From an uncultured Verrucomicrobiae bacterium (lineage in GTDB: Bacteria; Verrucomicrobiota; Verrucomicrobiia; Chthoniobacterales; Terrimicrobiaceae): a stretch of DNA of 64,000 nucleotides. The stretch spans positions 64,001 to 128,000 of the forward strand of contig CAVPOC010000005.1 of assembly GCA_963706955.1 (NCBI GenBank). Reading direction: 5' to 3'. Shown here one piece after another: positions 22,021-32,170 of the stretch; position 1 is the first letter of the stretch; each line of letters opens with the position of its first letter. A program made the translations under genes and the position numbers. Below the pieces are notes generated by a model. The model was given only the letters and a program-made list of their open reading frames with translations. It searched no databases and was not told the origin of the DNA.

Positions 22021-22659
22021 ATGAAAAGTCTGCTTTCTCCTGTTCACTATCGCATTGCTAAAGCGATCTTAGGCTTTGAGCAAAGAAAGGAACCCTCTTT
22101 CGTCTCGGATTTGGTAACGAAATTGGGATATGCGGCCGAAAGCAGTCTCACCGCAACACTTCGCATCATGGAACGAAATGGCTTTTTAGTTATCCAAGGC
22201 GGAGGAGAGCGAGGGCGCGCGCGTGTGGTGACATTGACAGCGAAGGCGCGGTTTGCGCTCGGGGTCGGTGGTATTCCGCTTTTGGGAACGATCCCGGCTG
22301 GTCCTTTGCAAGAAGCCTTCGCGCAAGCTGATGAGATTATCGAGACGAACAACCTTTTCCCTTCCAGAGAGGGAGACTTTTTCCTGCGCGTTCGAGGAGA
22401 CTCGATGATTGGCGATGGAATTTTGGATGGCGACTGGGTGCTCTTGCGTCCAAACCTTGAGGTGCAGCATGGCGAGATCGCCGCTCTTCTTGTGGGAGAA
22501 GCGCATGAAACCACGCTCAAGCGGATATTCTTTCTCCCTGAGCAGGCGGAGATCATCCTGCGCGCCAGTAATCCGCGCTATCCTGATCTCGTGGTAAATG
22601 CGCAGGATGTGAAAGTGGCTGGCATTTTTCGAGGGCTAATCCGACATGCAATCCCATGA
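22021..22659 (+). CDS. lexA: LexA-like S24 repressor heading the SOS mutagenesis cassette
   Basis: IPLLGTIPAG (Ala-Gly cleavage site), LRVRGDSM (catalytic Ser), TTLKR (catalytic Lys), N-terminal winged helix. Confidence 0.85.
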   Translation: MKSLLSPVHYRIAKAILGFEQRKEPSFVSDLVTKLGYAAESSLTATLRIMERNGFLVIQGGGERGRARVVTLTAKARFALGVGGIPLLGTIPAGPLQEAFAQADEIIETNNLFPSREGDFFLRVRGDSMIGDGILDGDWVLLRPNLEVQHGEIAALLVGEAHETTLKRIFFLPEQAEIILRASNPRYPDLVVNAQDVKVAGIFRGLIRHAIP

Positions 22660-23305
22660 TTCCAGACTCATTCAACTGGAAGCATTACGCAGTTTGGTGG
22701 CGGAAAAATTCCCTCCATCTCCGCGCAGATGTAATGGCCGATTCCTGACAGGTTGCCTCCCTTTTGATCAAAAGGGAGGTTTTCTCCAAGGAGCGATTAC
22801 GGAGGTCTGCGGCTCCGGCGCGGGAGGTTCATTGCTGTTGGCGGCGATGGTGAATGCAGCGGGGCGCGATGGATTTTTTATTGGGTTTATTGACGCGGCA
22901 AATTCATTCGAGCCTTCCGATTGGGCGGATGAACATTTACGCCGCATCCTCTGGGTGATGTGCGGGGCGGCGGCCCCGGCAATCAAGGCAGCGGACATTT
23001 TGCTGCGGGATGGCAATTTGTCGGTAGTAATTTTAGATCTGCAGATGTTGCCGGCCGCGCAATTGCGGCGCATTCCGGTAAGCACCTGGCATCGCTTTCA
23101 ACGAGTGCTCGAGCCTACTGGCACAGTCTTTGTGGTGCTTTGCCCAAATCCACTCGTCGAAAGCGTGCCAGTTCGCATGGCCATCCATACAGATGTGAGC
23201 TTGGCAGCCATGCATCTCCCGCGGGCTGCACTCTGGGAACACCTCCAGGTGCAGGTTTTTGAACGCGGTGCCGCCCCGCTGGCGGTGCTTCAAAAATCCG
23301 CATGA
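22646..23305 (+). CDS. imuA: ImuA/RecA-like accessory protein
   Basis: GAITEVCG, IDAANSFEP, AADILLRDGNLSVVILD; lies between lexA and imuB. Confidence 0.8.
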   Translation: MQSHDSRLIQLEALRSLVAEKFPPSPRRCNGRFLTGCLPFDQKGGFLQGAITEVCGSGAGGSLLLAAMVNAAGRDGFFIGFIDAANSFEPSDWADEHLRRILWVMCGAAAPAIKAADILLRDGNLSVVILDLQMLPAAQLRRIPVSTWHRFQRVLEPTGTVFVVLCPNPLVESVPVRMAIHTDVSLAAMHLPRAALWEHLQVQVFERGAAPLAVLQKSA

Positions 23306-23311
23306 GGTATC

Positions 23312-24775
23312 ATGTTTGGCTGCATTTTCCTGCCACGATTTCGACTTCAGGCAGCCTTGCGCTGGCATGATGTTCGTGGGCCGTCTGTAGTTGTCAATGA
23401 AACCACCCTGAAAGGCATTGTCGCGGAGGCGAGCGAAGAAGCCGCCGCCCGAGGCATCGTTGCCGGCATGACATCGGCCCAAGCCATGGCGCGTGTAAGA
23501 GGGCTGGTCATTCGCTCGCGCTCCCCCGCACAGGAACAATGCTTGAACCAAATCCTCGTGCAAACGGCTCTGGCGCTCTCCCCGGATGTGGAACTTTGCT
23601 GCGACGGCGCATGCATAGCTGATCTTTGCTGTGTTCGGAAGGGAACCTGCTGGCAGCAACTGGCCGATGAACAAGTGGCTCACCTTCGCACCCATGGTTT
23701 GTCCGCCGTGATGGGTGTTGCTCCCACGCCAGATCTCGCCTTTCTTGCCGCCCGCGGAGCGCGCCCCTCGGCTGTTATTTATGATCCTGGAGCTTTCGCC
23801 AGCTCCTTGCCCATTGAGACTCTCGAACCTCCCGAAGAATTTCTGCGAATTTTGCATGGCTGGGGGATTCGTCGCGTGGGGGAATTTCTTGCCCTGCCAA
23901 AAATGGAAACAATCGAGCGCCTTGGCCCTATCGCCGAAACCCTGCGCCGGAAGGTATCCGGACGCCACAAGCGCTTGCTTCGTTTGGTCCGTCCCATGCC
24001 CGAATATGCGGAGGCATTTGATTTCGATTGCGAGATCGAAACCATTGAACCGCTCTTGTTTTTGCTTCGCCGCTTTCTGGATGAGTTGTGCGGGCGGCTG
24101 CGGGGGGTCTATCGGGTGGCTCAACGAATGGTCCTCCGTCTCCCGCTTGAGAATGGTGGCTGCCATGACCGTGCTTTTTCCATTCCAGCACCGACGGCTG
24201 ATGTGGAAGTGCTCTTCCGCATCCTCCATACACATCTGGAAAATTTAAAACTTCCCCAGCGTCCCGTGGGTGTTCGGCTAAGCCTTCAGGCAGTCGCTCC
24301 CACAAGGGATCAGCTTCAACTCTTCGAAAGCACACTTCGCGATCCCAACCGCTTTGGCGAAACGCTTGCCAAATTAAAAGCGTTTCTCGGCAATGAACAT
24401 GTCGGTGTGCCTGCGAGAAGCAACACCCACCGGCCGGATAGCTATGTTTTGGAAGAATGCTTTCCTGCTTCAAAGCAAAAGCGAGAAGACCCCCGCGTGG
24501 CCCTCGAATCGCTTCGGGGGCTTCCCTTGCGACGATTTCGTCCAGCCATCTCGAGCTTGGTGGGTGTCCTAGAGGGCCGTCCGATCTCGGTGAAATCCTC
24601 AGCGTTGCGTGGCGTCATTCGCAGCTGCGCCGGCCCCTACAGGCTGTCCGGCAATTGGTGGGATTGCGAATGCTGGGAGCAGGAAGAATGGGATGTCGCC
24701 TTGGCTAAGGGCGGACTCTACCGACTCTCACGTCATGAAGCCGTCTGGAACATCGAAGGTTGCTATGAAACCTGA
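23312..24775 (+). CDS. imuB: ImuB, inactive Y-family polymerase
   Basis: GIVAGMT, WGIRRVGEF, QLQLF clamp-like motif, C-terminal GPYRLSGNWW...EEWDV...EGCYE. Confidence 0.88.
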   Translation: MFGCIFLPRFRLQAALRWHDVRGPSVVVNETTLKGIVAEASEEAAARGIVAGMTSAQAMARVRGLVIRSRSPAQEQCLNQILVQTALALSPDVELCCDGACIADLCCVRKGTCWQQLADEQVAHLRTHGLSAVMGVAPTPDLAFLAARGARPSAVIYDPGAFASSLPIETLEPPEEFLRILHGWGIRRVGEFLALPKMETIERLGPIAETLRRKVSGRHKRLLRLVRPMPEYAEAFDFDCEIETIEPLLFLLRRFLDELCGRLRGVYRVAQRMVLRLPLENGGCHDRAFSIPAPTADVEVLFRILHTHLENLKLPQRPVGVRLSLQAVAPTRDQLQLFESTLRDPNRFGETLAKLKAFLGNEHVGVPARSNTHRPDSYVLEECFPASKQKREDPRVALESLRGLPLRRFRPAISSLVGVLEGRPISVKSSALRGVIRSCAGPYRLSGNWWDCECWEQEEWDVALAKGGLYRLSRHEAVWNIEGCYET

Positions 24776-24890
24776 CCGGCGGGAACGTTACACCGCTTTT
24801 CACAGAAGGTCGCAAAGGGAGCTAAGCGTTCTTCTTCTCTTCGTGAGCAACGACAGGGCGGCCAGCTACACCTTCAAACCCTGCTGCAAA

Positions 24891-25154
24891 TTAGTCACGG
24901 CGCTCACGGAGGATCTTGAGCGACTTCATATCCACCTCCTAGCCATCCGGCGACGTTGCATCCGCCTCGAAGCGGCCGTCATCGACCTCCATATCGTTGA
25001 CGTTTTGATAACCGCGCTTCTCGAGCGCCTCGGTGACCCGCGCGCGTTCTTTGTTCGTGGCGGGACGGTCCTCAGGAGGAGCTGGGTCAGCCGCCGGAGC
25101 AGCTTGCGCGATGAAGACGATGGCTGCGAGAGTCCGAACAATTCCGGGAATCAT
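24891..25154 (-). pseudogene. PepSY-like secreted protein with in-frame TAG at 24939-24941
   Basis: Signal peptide, ALEKRGYQNVNDMEVDDGRFEADATSPDG*EVDMKSLKILRERRD*; PepSY-like sequence continues past the amber codon. Confidence 0.65.
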
Positions 25155-25317
25155 TTTTCCACCCTGATATGGTCGCCATGGGTGTTCAAACCAGAAGCGC
25201 CTCTCATCCGGCGGCTGCCGGGCCGCAAAGGAAGCAAAGCGTTTTTCCCAAGCAAGATCTTTTCATCCGTTGGCTCCCCTCTGGCGTCCTTCTGTTCAAA
25301 AGGTCTTACAAGGTACC

Positions 25318-28300
25318 ATGATCTACCATGAGCTGCATGCGCGCAGCGCCTTCAGCTTTCTGCGCGGCGCCTCCAATCCGGAAGATCTGGCCTGCGCCGC
25401 AGCACGGCTTAGCCTTCCGTCAATTGCGTTGTCTGATCGCGACGGAGTTTATGGCTCTCCCCGCCTGCACGCGGCTGCAAAAGAACAGGGCATTCGCGCG
25501 CTGGTCGGGGCAGAGCTCACCATGGAAGACAAATGCATTCTTCCGGTTCTGGTTGCCACTCGCACGGGATATCAAAACCTGTGTCGCCTGGTGACAAATT
25601 CCCGCCTGCGAGGCAGCAAAACAGAATCGACGGTGCTCTGGAACGAACTCCCCGCTTACGCAGAAGGACTCCTGGCCTTGACCGGAGACGAAGAAGGGAT
25701 CCTCCAGGATCCCTGCCATCCGCAAACTTCAAAAAGACTCGAGCAGCTGAGGACAGCTTTTGGCAACGGGAATGTTCTTGTTGAAATTCAGCGCCACCTG
25801 CGTCGCGGCGAAACCTGGCGCAACAAACAGCTCGTGGACCTCGCCCGAGGACACAAACTTCCTCTCGTCGCCACCAACGGGGTCCTCTATGCAGAACCGG
25901 ATGCGCGCCGCGCGCTTGATCTCTTCGCGTGTGCCCGGAATCACACAACTTTCGATTCCGCCGGACGTCTTCTAAGCATCAACGCCGAACGCTATCTGAA
26001 ATCCGCTGCGCAGATGGAGCGGCTCTTTGCCGATCTGCCCGAAGCAGTTGAAAATACCGCGAAGATTGCCGAGCGTCTCGAATTCTCTCTCGAGAATTTA
26101 GGCTACGAATTTCCAAAATATCCGGTGCCTCCCGAGGAAACAATGGATTCCTTTTTGCGCACGGTTGCCTTTGCCGGGGCGCGGGCCCGTTATTCTCATC
26201 TCAGCGCAAAGGTCCTCAAGCAATTGAACTTCGAGCTCGACTTGATCGAGCGGCTCGGCTTCTCCGGCTATTTTCTTATTGTCTGGGACATTGCCAACTA
26301 TTGCACCCAGAATGACATTTTTATGCAAGGGCGCGGCAGCGCAGCCAATAGCGTCGTCTGCTACAGCCTGGGCATCACCGCTTGCGATCCTATTGCTAAT
26401 AATCTGCTCTTTGAGCGCTTCCTAAGCGAAGGCCGAAAAACATGGCCGGACATCGATTTGGACCTTCCCAGCGGTGATCGTCGCGAACGCGTAATTCAGG
26501 AAGTTTATCGCCGTTATGGCAAACATGGGGCGGCTATGACCGCCAACGTCATTACCTACCGAGGCCGCAGCGCCATGCGGGAAATCGGCAAGGCGCTTAA
26601 CTTCTCACCAGATGTCATCGATCGGTTCTCGAGTCTCTACGGGCACGGTGATTTTCCGCACACGCTCGACTTGAGAGATCAACTGCAGCAAGCGGGGATT
26701 TCGGCTGACCATCCTCGCGCGGAAGCTGCCCTCGAGCTTTACGCTCAGATTTACGGTTTGCCGCGACATCTTGGCCAACACTCCGGGGGCATGATCATCT
26801 GTCAGGACGCGCTCAGCTCGATAGTTCCTCTCGAAAATGCCTCTATGCCCGGCCGCGTTGTCGCGCAGTGGGACAAAGACGATTGCGAGGATCTCGGCAT
26901 CATTAAAGTGGACCTTCTTGGTCTCGGTATGATGGCGGCAATGCAGGACGCCATAACTCTCTGCGCAGAGCGCAAACACCCTGTCGATATCGCTGCCATT
27001 CCGAAGGATGACTCCGCGGTTTACGACCTCATGACCCGCGCGGATACCATCGGCACTTTCCAGGTTGAAAGTCGCGCCCAAATGGCCACCCTCCCCCGCC
27101 TCAAACCCCGATGCTTTTACGATGTCGTCGTCGAAGTTGCGATCATCCGTCCGGGGCCAATCCAGGGTGGCATGGTGCATCCCTACTTAGCGCGACGCGA
27201 AGGCACCGAGCCAGTCACTTACATCGATGAGCGGCTGCGCCCAACTCTGGAGCGCACCCTCGGCGTTCCCCTGTTTCAAGAACAACTCTTAAAGATGGCC
27301 ATGGTGATGGCGGATTTCAGCGGCAGCGAAGCCGAGGAGCTCCGCCGCGCGCTCAGCTTTCATCGTTCTCAAGAGAAGATGGAAAAAGTCTGCGTCAAAT
27401 TGCGCCGCGCGATGGCAGCGAAAAATGTCAATCCCGAGGTAACAGAAAAGATTGTTCAATCCGTCCAATCTTTCGCTGTCTATGGCTTTCCCGAGAGTCA
27501 CGCGATCAGCTTTGCCCTGATCGCCTATGCGAGTTGCTGGCTAAAAGTGCATCGCACCGCGGAATTTTATTGCGCCCTGCTCAATAACCAACCGATGGGC
27601 TTTTACAGCAATGCCACACTGATTCGTGACGCCAAGGCACATGGCGTGATCGTGCGGCCGATCTCCGTCTTGTCTTCTGAATGGCTCTGCACGATCGAGA
27701 ATGATGGCGCCGTCCGTTTGGGACTTTCGATGATCAAAGGATTTGATTCTGCAATCGGCCAACGCATCGCTTTGGAAAAGCCTTTCGCCTCGTTGCAGGA
27801 TTTTCAGAATCGCGTCACGACTGACAAGCTGGCGCTCCGCATCCTGGCTCGAATCGGAGCTCTCAATGGCTTGGTCGAACATCGTCGGGACGGACTTTGG
27901 AAAATCGAGTCGACCCATCGGCCTGAAGATTTGCCAGGTCTCACTGCTGCCTCGGGCACACCTCGACCTCTTGCTTGCATGAATGCCTTTGAACGACTCG
28001 AGGCCGATTTTTCTGGCACCGGCGTCACCACGGGAAGGCATCCGATGGCCCTCATTCGTGAGCGACTTCGGGACGTAACCTTGGCGAGCGATTTGCCTCG
28101 GTGCCGGAATGGAAAGCCTGTTCATGTCGCGGGAATGGTCATTTGCCGCCAGCGACCAGGAACTGCTAAGGGATTTGTCTTTATAAGCCTCGAAGACGAA
28201 ACTGGTGTTTCCAATGTTATTGTCGATCCGCGACTCTTCGAACGGCGGAGGCTCACTATTACCCAGGAACCCTTCCTCTCCATCCAGGGTAAAGTTCAAA

Positions 28301-28392
28301 ACACGAGAAACACGACCATAGTCCAAGCTCGACTCATCGATCCCCTGCCCTACGAAACCCTCGGCGCACCGACTTCCCACGATTTTCGTTGA
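25318..28392 (+). CDS. dnaE2: Error-prone DNA polymerase DnaE2 (ImuC)
   Basis: YHELHARSAFSFLRGAS, GRGSAANS, PDIDLD, PRHLGQHSGG, YGFPESHA, LLNNQPMGFY, RQRPGTAKG, C-terminal SHDFR. Confidence 0.95.
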   Translation: MIYHELHARSAFSFLRGASNPEDLACAAARLSLPSIALSDRDGVYGSPRLHAAAKEQGIRALVGAELTMEDKCILPVLVATRTGYQNLCRLVTNSRLRGSKTESTVLWNELPAYAEGLLALTGDEEGILQDPCHPQTSKRLEQLRTAFGNGNVLVEIQRHLRRGETWRNKQLVDLARGHKLPLVATNGVLYAEPDARRALDLFACARNHTTFDSAGRLLSINAERYLKSAAQMERLFADLPEAVENTAKIAERLEFSLENLGYEFPKYPVPPEETMDSFLRTVAFAGARARYSHLSAKVLKQLNFELDLIERLGFSGYFLIVWDIANYCTQNDIFMQGRGSAANSVVCYSLGITACDPIANNLLFERFLSEGRKTWPDIDLDLPSGDRRERVIQEVYRRYGKHGAAMTANVITYRGRSAMREIGKALNFSPDVIDRFSSLYGHGDFPHTLDLRDQLQQAGISADHPRAEAALELYAQIYGLPRHLGQHSGGMIICQDALSSIVPLENASMPGRVVAQWDKDDCEDLGIIKVDLLGLGMMAAMQDAITLCAERKHPVDIAAIPKDDSAVYDLMTRADTIGTFQVESRAQMATLPRLKPRCFYDVVVEVAIIRPGPIQGGMVHPYLARREGTEPVTYIDERLRPTLERTLGVPLFQEQLLKMAMVMADFSGSEAEELRRALSFHRSQEKMEKVCVKLRRAMAAKNVNPEVTEKIVQSVQSFAVYGFPESHAISFALIAYASCWLKVHRTAEFYCALLNNQPMGFYSNATLIRDAKAHGVIVRPISVLSSEWLCTIENDGAVRLGLSMIKGFDSAIGQRIALEKPFASLQDFQNRVTTDKLALRILARIGALNGLVEHRRDGLWKIESTHRPEDLPGLTAASGTPRPLACMNAFERLEADFSGTGVTTGRHPMALIRERLRDVTLASDLPRCRNGKPVHVAGMVICRQRPGTAKGFVFISLEDETGVSNVIVDPRLFERRRLTITQEPFLSIQGKVQNTRNTTIVQARLIDPLPYETLGAPTSHDFR

Positions 28393-28618
28393 CAGCAGTC
28401 CCATGGCGAAGGGCTCGCATCGCTTCTGGAGCGACGGTGTCCTGCACCGTCAAAAGAGCCCTCGGACGTGGGGCCCGACCCACAGGGTCGCTACAAACTG
28501 CAAAGTAGCCTGCCGCTCTTCGCTCTGGAGAACCGCGTTGCTGAAACGATCTCAGACTAGTCAACAGGTGAACGCAAAACCTACACTCGCAAAACCGGCC
28601 TACATCGATCACTTAGTT

Positions 28619-29182
28619 ATGAACGCAAGTGTTGTTGACAAGAAAGTCGCCATCCTGGCGACGGATGGGTTTGAGCAATCTGAACTGGAAAGCCCGCTGG
28701 AGGCGCTGAAAGCGTCGGGGGCCCTGCCGAAAATCGTTTCTCTCAAAGCTGGGAAAATTCAAGCCACCGTTCACGGCGAAAAAGGCGATAACTTCGATGT
28801 TGATCTGGTCCTTGATCAAGCGAACCCTGAGGATTTCGACGCGTTAGTTCTTCCGGGAGGACTTTATAACCCGGATACCCTGCGAGCAAATTCGGCTGCG
28901 GTCGACTTCGTCCGCAGTTTTGCGCAAGCAGGGAAGCCGATCGCAGCAATCTGTCATGGCCCTTGGCTCTTGATCGAAGCAGACGTTGTGCGTGGTCGAA
29001 AGTTAACCTCTTGGCCGGCGATTAAGACGGACGTGCGCAATGCTGGCGGTCGCTGGGTGGATGAAGAAGTCGTCGTGGACAATGGTCTTGTCACCAGTCG
29101 CAAGCCGGATGACCTGCCCGCCTTCAACCGCAAAATGATCGAGGAGATCGGAGAAGGCGTCCATCCTCAGCTGATACACTGA
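28619..29182 (+). CDS. PfpI/DJ-1 family (type 1 glutamine amidotransferase-like) protein
   Basis: KKVAILATDGFEQSE, LVLPGG, AICHGPW, LVTSRKPDDLPAF. Confidence 0.93.
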   Translation: MNASVVDKKVAILATDGFEQSELESPLEALKASGALPKIVSLKAGKIQATVHGEKGDNFDVDLVLDQANPEDFDALVLPGGLYNPDTLRANSAAVDFVRSFAQAGKPIAAICHGPWLLIEADVVRGRKLTSWPAIKTDVRNAGGRWVDEEVVVDNGLVTSRKPDDLPAFNRKMIEEIGEGVHPQLIH

Positions 29183-29318
29183 AGAATGCGCGTGCGGGGG
29201 CTGCCTCTGCAAACTTTCGAAAGACACGCTATGGCGACCTCGATGTTTCAGGTCTCCCGTTTTGACATTTCTGTGACCTCAGCAGGTGGCATCCATGTCG
29301 GGAGGTCGCTGCGAAACA

Positions 29319-29552
29319 ATGAGCGAAGCGATGAAGACGAAACGCCCACGTCCTGAGAGGCTTTTCAAGGACAGTTGGCGCCCCGAAGACAAGGCGATCG
29401 AATCCGCGGAGGAGGAGGCCCTGGAACGAGACTATGGAGATGAGATTGCCAGGGATCGCGCCCAACGTCATCAACAAACTCCCGCGATAGGAGGGTTCGA
29501 GAAAGCTCCTTCGGAATTGTCCTCCAGAGACTCGCCTCCTGGAGGTCGGTGA
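29319..29552 (+). CDS. Small hydrophilic hypothetical protein
   Basis: Acidic/charged ORF between stress genes on the same strand. Confidence 0.45.
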   Translation: MSEAMKTKRPRPERLFKDSWRPEDKAIESAEEEALERDYGDEIARDRAQRHQQTPAIGGFEKAPSELSSRDSPPGGR

Positions 29553-29630
29553 ATACCCTGAGGGGCTTGTCAGGTAATCTCTCAGAGACGCGCTCCGTAT
29601 GGCGAACGATTTTGCTTAAACAACATCTCC

Positions 29631-29819
29631 ATGAAAATTGTCCAAATAATCTGCCTTTCCCTGGGAGTTACAGCTTTGATGGGTTGCGACGGCTCGAACC
29701 CGCCCGCCGCCGCGACACCCACCCCGGCGCCTCCGGCCGCACAAACTGCACCTGCACCCGCACCCGCCGCGCCCGCACCAACTCCTGCGACGACTCCAGC
29801 CGCGCCGCCCGCCTCGTAG
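29631..29819 (+). CDS. Small Pro/Ala/Thr-rich lipoprotein
   Basis: MKIVQIICLSLGVTALMG-C lipobox followed by a low-complexity PAPA tail. Confidence 0.65.
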   Translation: MKIVQIICLSLGVTALMGCDGSNPPAAATPTPAPPAAQTAPAPAPAAPAPTPATTPAAPPAS

Positions 29820-30333
29820 GTAGCCGCCTTGTGCCGCAAGTGGCTCTTGCCGGGAGGTCAAAAAACCAAGCAGCAGCTACGAAGGCCTCGCGCTCGGCAC
29901 CGTAGACATTCCTTTGGTGCAGGCGAGCTTGTCTTGGGCGTTTAGATGCTCTGCTTGGGCGAATTCGTGCGGTGCATCCAGTGGATCCGCTGAAAACGAC
30001 AGTAGGTAGCCACTCTGATGGGTCTTGGGCGAACTGGAAAGACTCTCACACTGCGGTTGCGGTAATCATTGAGACAGATGCCCACAGGATTAACTCCTGC
30101 GAGGCAAGATACAATGAAACAGAAAGCAAATGGTGCTTCGATCTCCAGTGGCATGCGGCCAGGAGGCTGCCTCCTTGCCCCATTTTCTGGAACGGCTTAT
30201 CGGGCACCTCGGGGTCAGGAGGTGCGCTGGTCTCCGAGCTCGAAGCAGTGAAGTCGTGATCGGCGACGATGGAACTTGCGTTCTGATCGGTGGTGGATAC
30301 GCGCGAGGATCGGCCGCCCCGCGATAAGAGGGT

Positions 30334-30411
30334 ATGGGCTACAATATATTCTATATCATTGGCGTGATCGTTGTCGTCGCATTGATTCTCAAGCTTCTCG
30401 GATTGTATTAG
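30334..30411 (+). CDS. 25-aa single-pass membrane peptide MGYNIFYIIGVIVVVALILKLLGLY
   Basis: Manually translated; AGAGGG just upstream of the ATG; AT-rich hydrophobic coding stretch. Confidence 0.65.
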   Translation: MGYNIFYIIGVIVVVALILKLLGLY

Positions 30412-30452
30412 TTTAGCGCCCGTTCACGAATCCTGCGTCTCTATTGCCGGGA

Positions 30453-31556
30453 ATGGCCAATCGGCCCGCGACTCAAGCATCCGACACCTCGTCTGAGCTG
30501 GCGATTTCAGCTCGTAATGCTGGCCTGCACTATGTCACCGACCGTCGACCAGGAATAGTTCGCGCGCGCAATCGCGGAGGAGCATTCGACTATTTCGATC
30601 CTCAGGGCCGTCGGATCCGCAAGTCACAGCCGCTCGAGCGGATAAAGCGGCTGGCAATTCCGCCCGCCTGGCAGGACGTATGGATTTGCCAGGATGCCTC
30701 AGGGCATCTTCAGGCCACCGGACGCGACGCGCGCGGTCGCAAACAGTATCGCTATCATTCAAATTGGCGCAGGACCCGCGACGAGACCAAGTACGATCGC
30801 GTGATCGGATTCGGCCGTGCTTTACAAAAGATTCGCCGACGGATCGCGCGAGATCTCTCCCGCCGCGGCTTGCCGCGCGAAAAGGTGCTCGCGACCATCG
30901 TCCGATTGCTCGAGACGACGCTGATTCGCGTGGGCAATGAGGAGTATGCGCGCGATAACAAATCTTACGGTCTGACAACGCTCCAGGACCGCCATGCGGA
31001 AATTCGCTCGGGCAAGGTCATCTTTAAATTTCGCGGCAAGTCTGGCAAAGATCACGTTTTCGACATTCGTAATCGCAAGTTGGCAAATATCGTCAAACGA
31101 TGTCGCGATCTTCCCGGCTACGAGCTTTTCCAATACGTCGACGATTCAGGTGCGCCGGTGGACATCACCTCCAGCGATGTAAATGCCTACCTGCGCGAGA
31201 TCTCAGGCGCGGATTTTACTGCCAAGGACTTTCGGACTTGGGCGGGAACAGTCCTGGCGGCAAGAGCGTTGCAAGAATTTGAGAAATTTACCTCCGAGGC
31301 CGAAGCGAAGAGGAATCTTTTGCAAGCGGTCGAAGCCGTCGCCCGGATGCTCGGAAACACTCCCGCCATCTGCAGAAGGTGTTACGTTCACCCCATAGTG
31401 TTGGATAGTTACCTCGATGGAACGCTTGTGGACCAACTAAAGCGTCGGGCCGAGCAAAAACTGATCAGCGGAATCCGAAAACTCCCGCCGGATGAGGCGG
31501 CAGTGCTGATGCTTCTCCAACAGACGCTCTCCCGACGACCCCGGAAGAAAGCCTAG
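30453..31556 (+). CDS. Bacterial DNA topoisomerase IB
   Basis: LAIPPAWQDVWIC, GHLQATGRDARGRKQYRYH, IRVGNEEY, FRGKSG, FTAKDFRTW, LGNTPAICRRCYVHP. Confidence 0.95.
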   Translation: MANRPATQASDTSSELAISARNAGLHYVTDRRPGIVRARNRGGAFDYFDPQGRRIRKSQPLERIKRLAIPPAWQDVWICQDASGHLQATGRDARGRKQYRYHSNWRRTRDETKYDRVIGFGRALQKIRRRIARDLSRRGLPREKVLATIVRLLETTLIRVGNEEYARDNKSYGLTTLQDRHAEIRSGKVIFKFRGKSGKDHVFDIRNRKLANIVKRCRDLPGYELFQYVDDSGAPVDITSSDVNAYLREISGADFTAKDFRTWAGTVLAARALQEFEKFTSEAEAKRNLLQAVEAVARMLGNTPAICRRCYVHPIVLDSYLDGTLVDQLKRRAEQKLISGIRKLPPDEAAVLMLLQQTLSRRPRKKA

Positions 31557-31562
31557 CGACAT

Positions 31563-31976
31563 TCAATCGTGCTTGTCGACGCGATTGGCGCCGGCGGCCC
31601 GCAACATCTCCATCGCCCGGTCAGCGTCCTTACCGCTAGCGCGCACGAGGACAAACCGTCCGCTGTGCGCGAATGTCGTGGCATATGCATCGATCACGTC
31701 TTCGGACAATCCGTAGTCTTCGTCGAGCCGGGCCCTGAATGCCCTGCTGAGAGCATTTTTATCGCGCTTTGGCATTAAGTTCGGTTCGTCTCTTCCTGCG
31801 ACAATCTCAGCGGCGGCACCCGGCACCAGCGCAGGCCCGACCGGGTCTACACTGCCCGGCTCCTGGGCGAGGCCGGTTTCATCAACAACCGCCGTGTCCA
31901 ACCCCGCAGTAGCAAGGCGATTGACTGCATCTTCGACCTGCTCGGCCGAGTCAAATATTGCGACAACGGTTGTCAT
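31563..31976 (-). CDS. Hypothetical general-stress-like protein
   Basis: [19 protein letters not shown]...FVLVRA...[11 protein letters not shown] pattern; overlaps the CsbD stop. Confidence 0.7.
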   Translation of the reverse strand: MTTVVAIFDSAEQVEDAVNRLATAGLDTAVVDETGLAQEPGSVDPVGPALVPGAAAEIVAGRDEPNLMPKRDKNALSRAFRARLDEDYGLSEDVIDAYATTFAHSGRFVLVRASGKDADRAMEMLRAAGANRVDKHD

Positions 31977-32158
31977 GGTTCTTCGATTGCGCGGCGGATT
32001 TCTTCCTCACTTTTGCCAAGTCGCTTTTGTAAGCGCCCCAGCATTTCGTCTTCCTTACCTTCGGCAAACGTGAGGTCGTCGTCTGTTAAGTCGGCAAACT
32101 TTTGTTTCAGCTTGCCCTTGACTTCGTTCCAACTGCCTTTGATCTGGAGTTTGTTCAT
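31973..32158 (-). CDS. CsbD family protein
   Basis: [24 protein letters not shown]...[12 protein letters not shown]. Confidence 0.92.
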   Translation of the reverse strand: MNKLQIKGSWNEVKGKLKQKFADLTDDDLTFAEGKEDEMLGRLQKRLGKSEEEIRRAIEEP

Positions 32159-32170
32159 ACTTGGGAATCG

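Noticed and set aside
23033..24235. 400-aa antisense ORF over imuA/imuB, and similar long shadows (27541-28404, 36066-36794, 62677-63483)
   Set aside because: Opposite-strand shadows of well-supported genes in GC-rich DNA; no motifs.
29700..29819. GC-rich short repeats (GCACCC/CCCGC) as a DNA repeat element
   Set aside because: Explained by the Pro/Ala low-complexity tail of the small lipoprotein.
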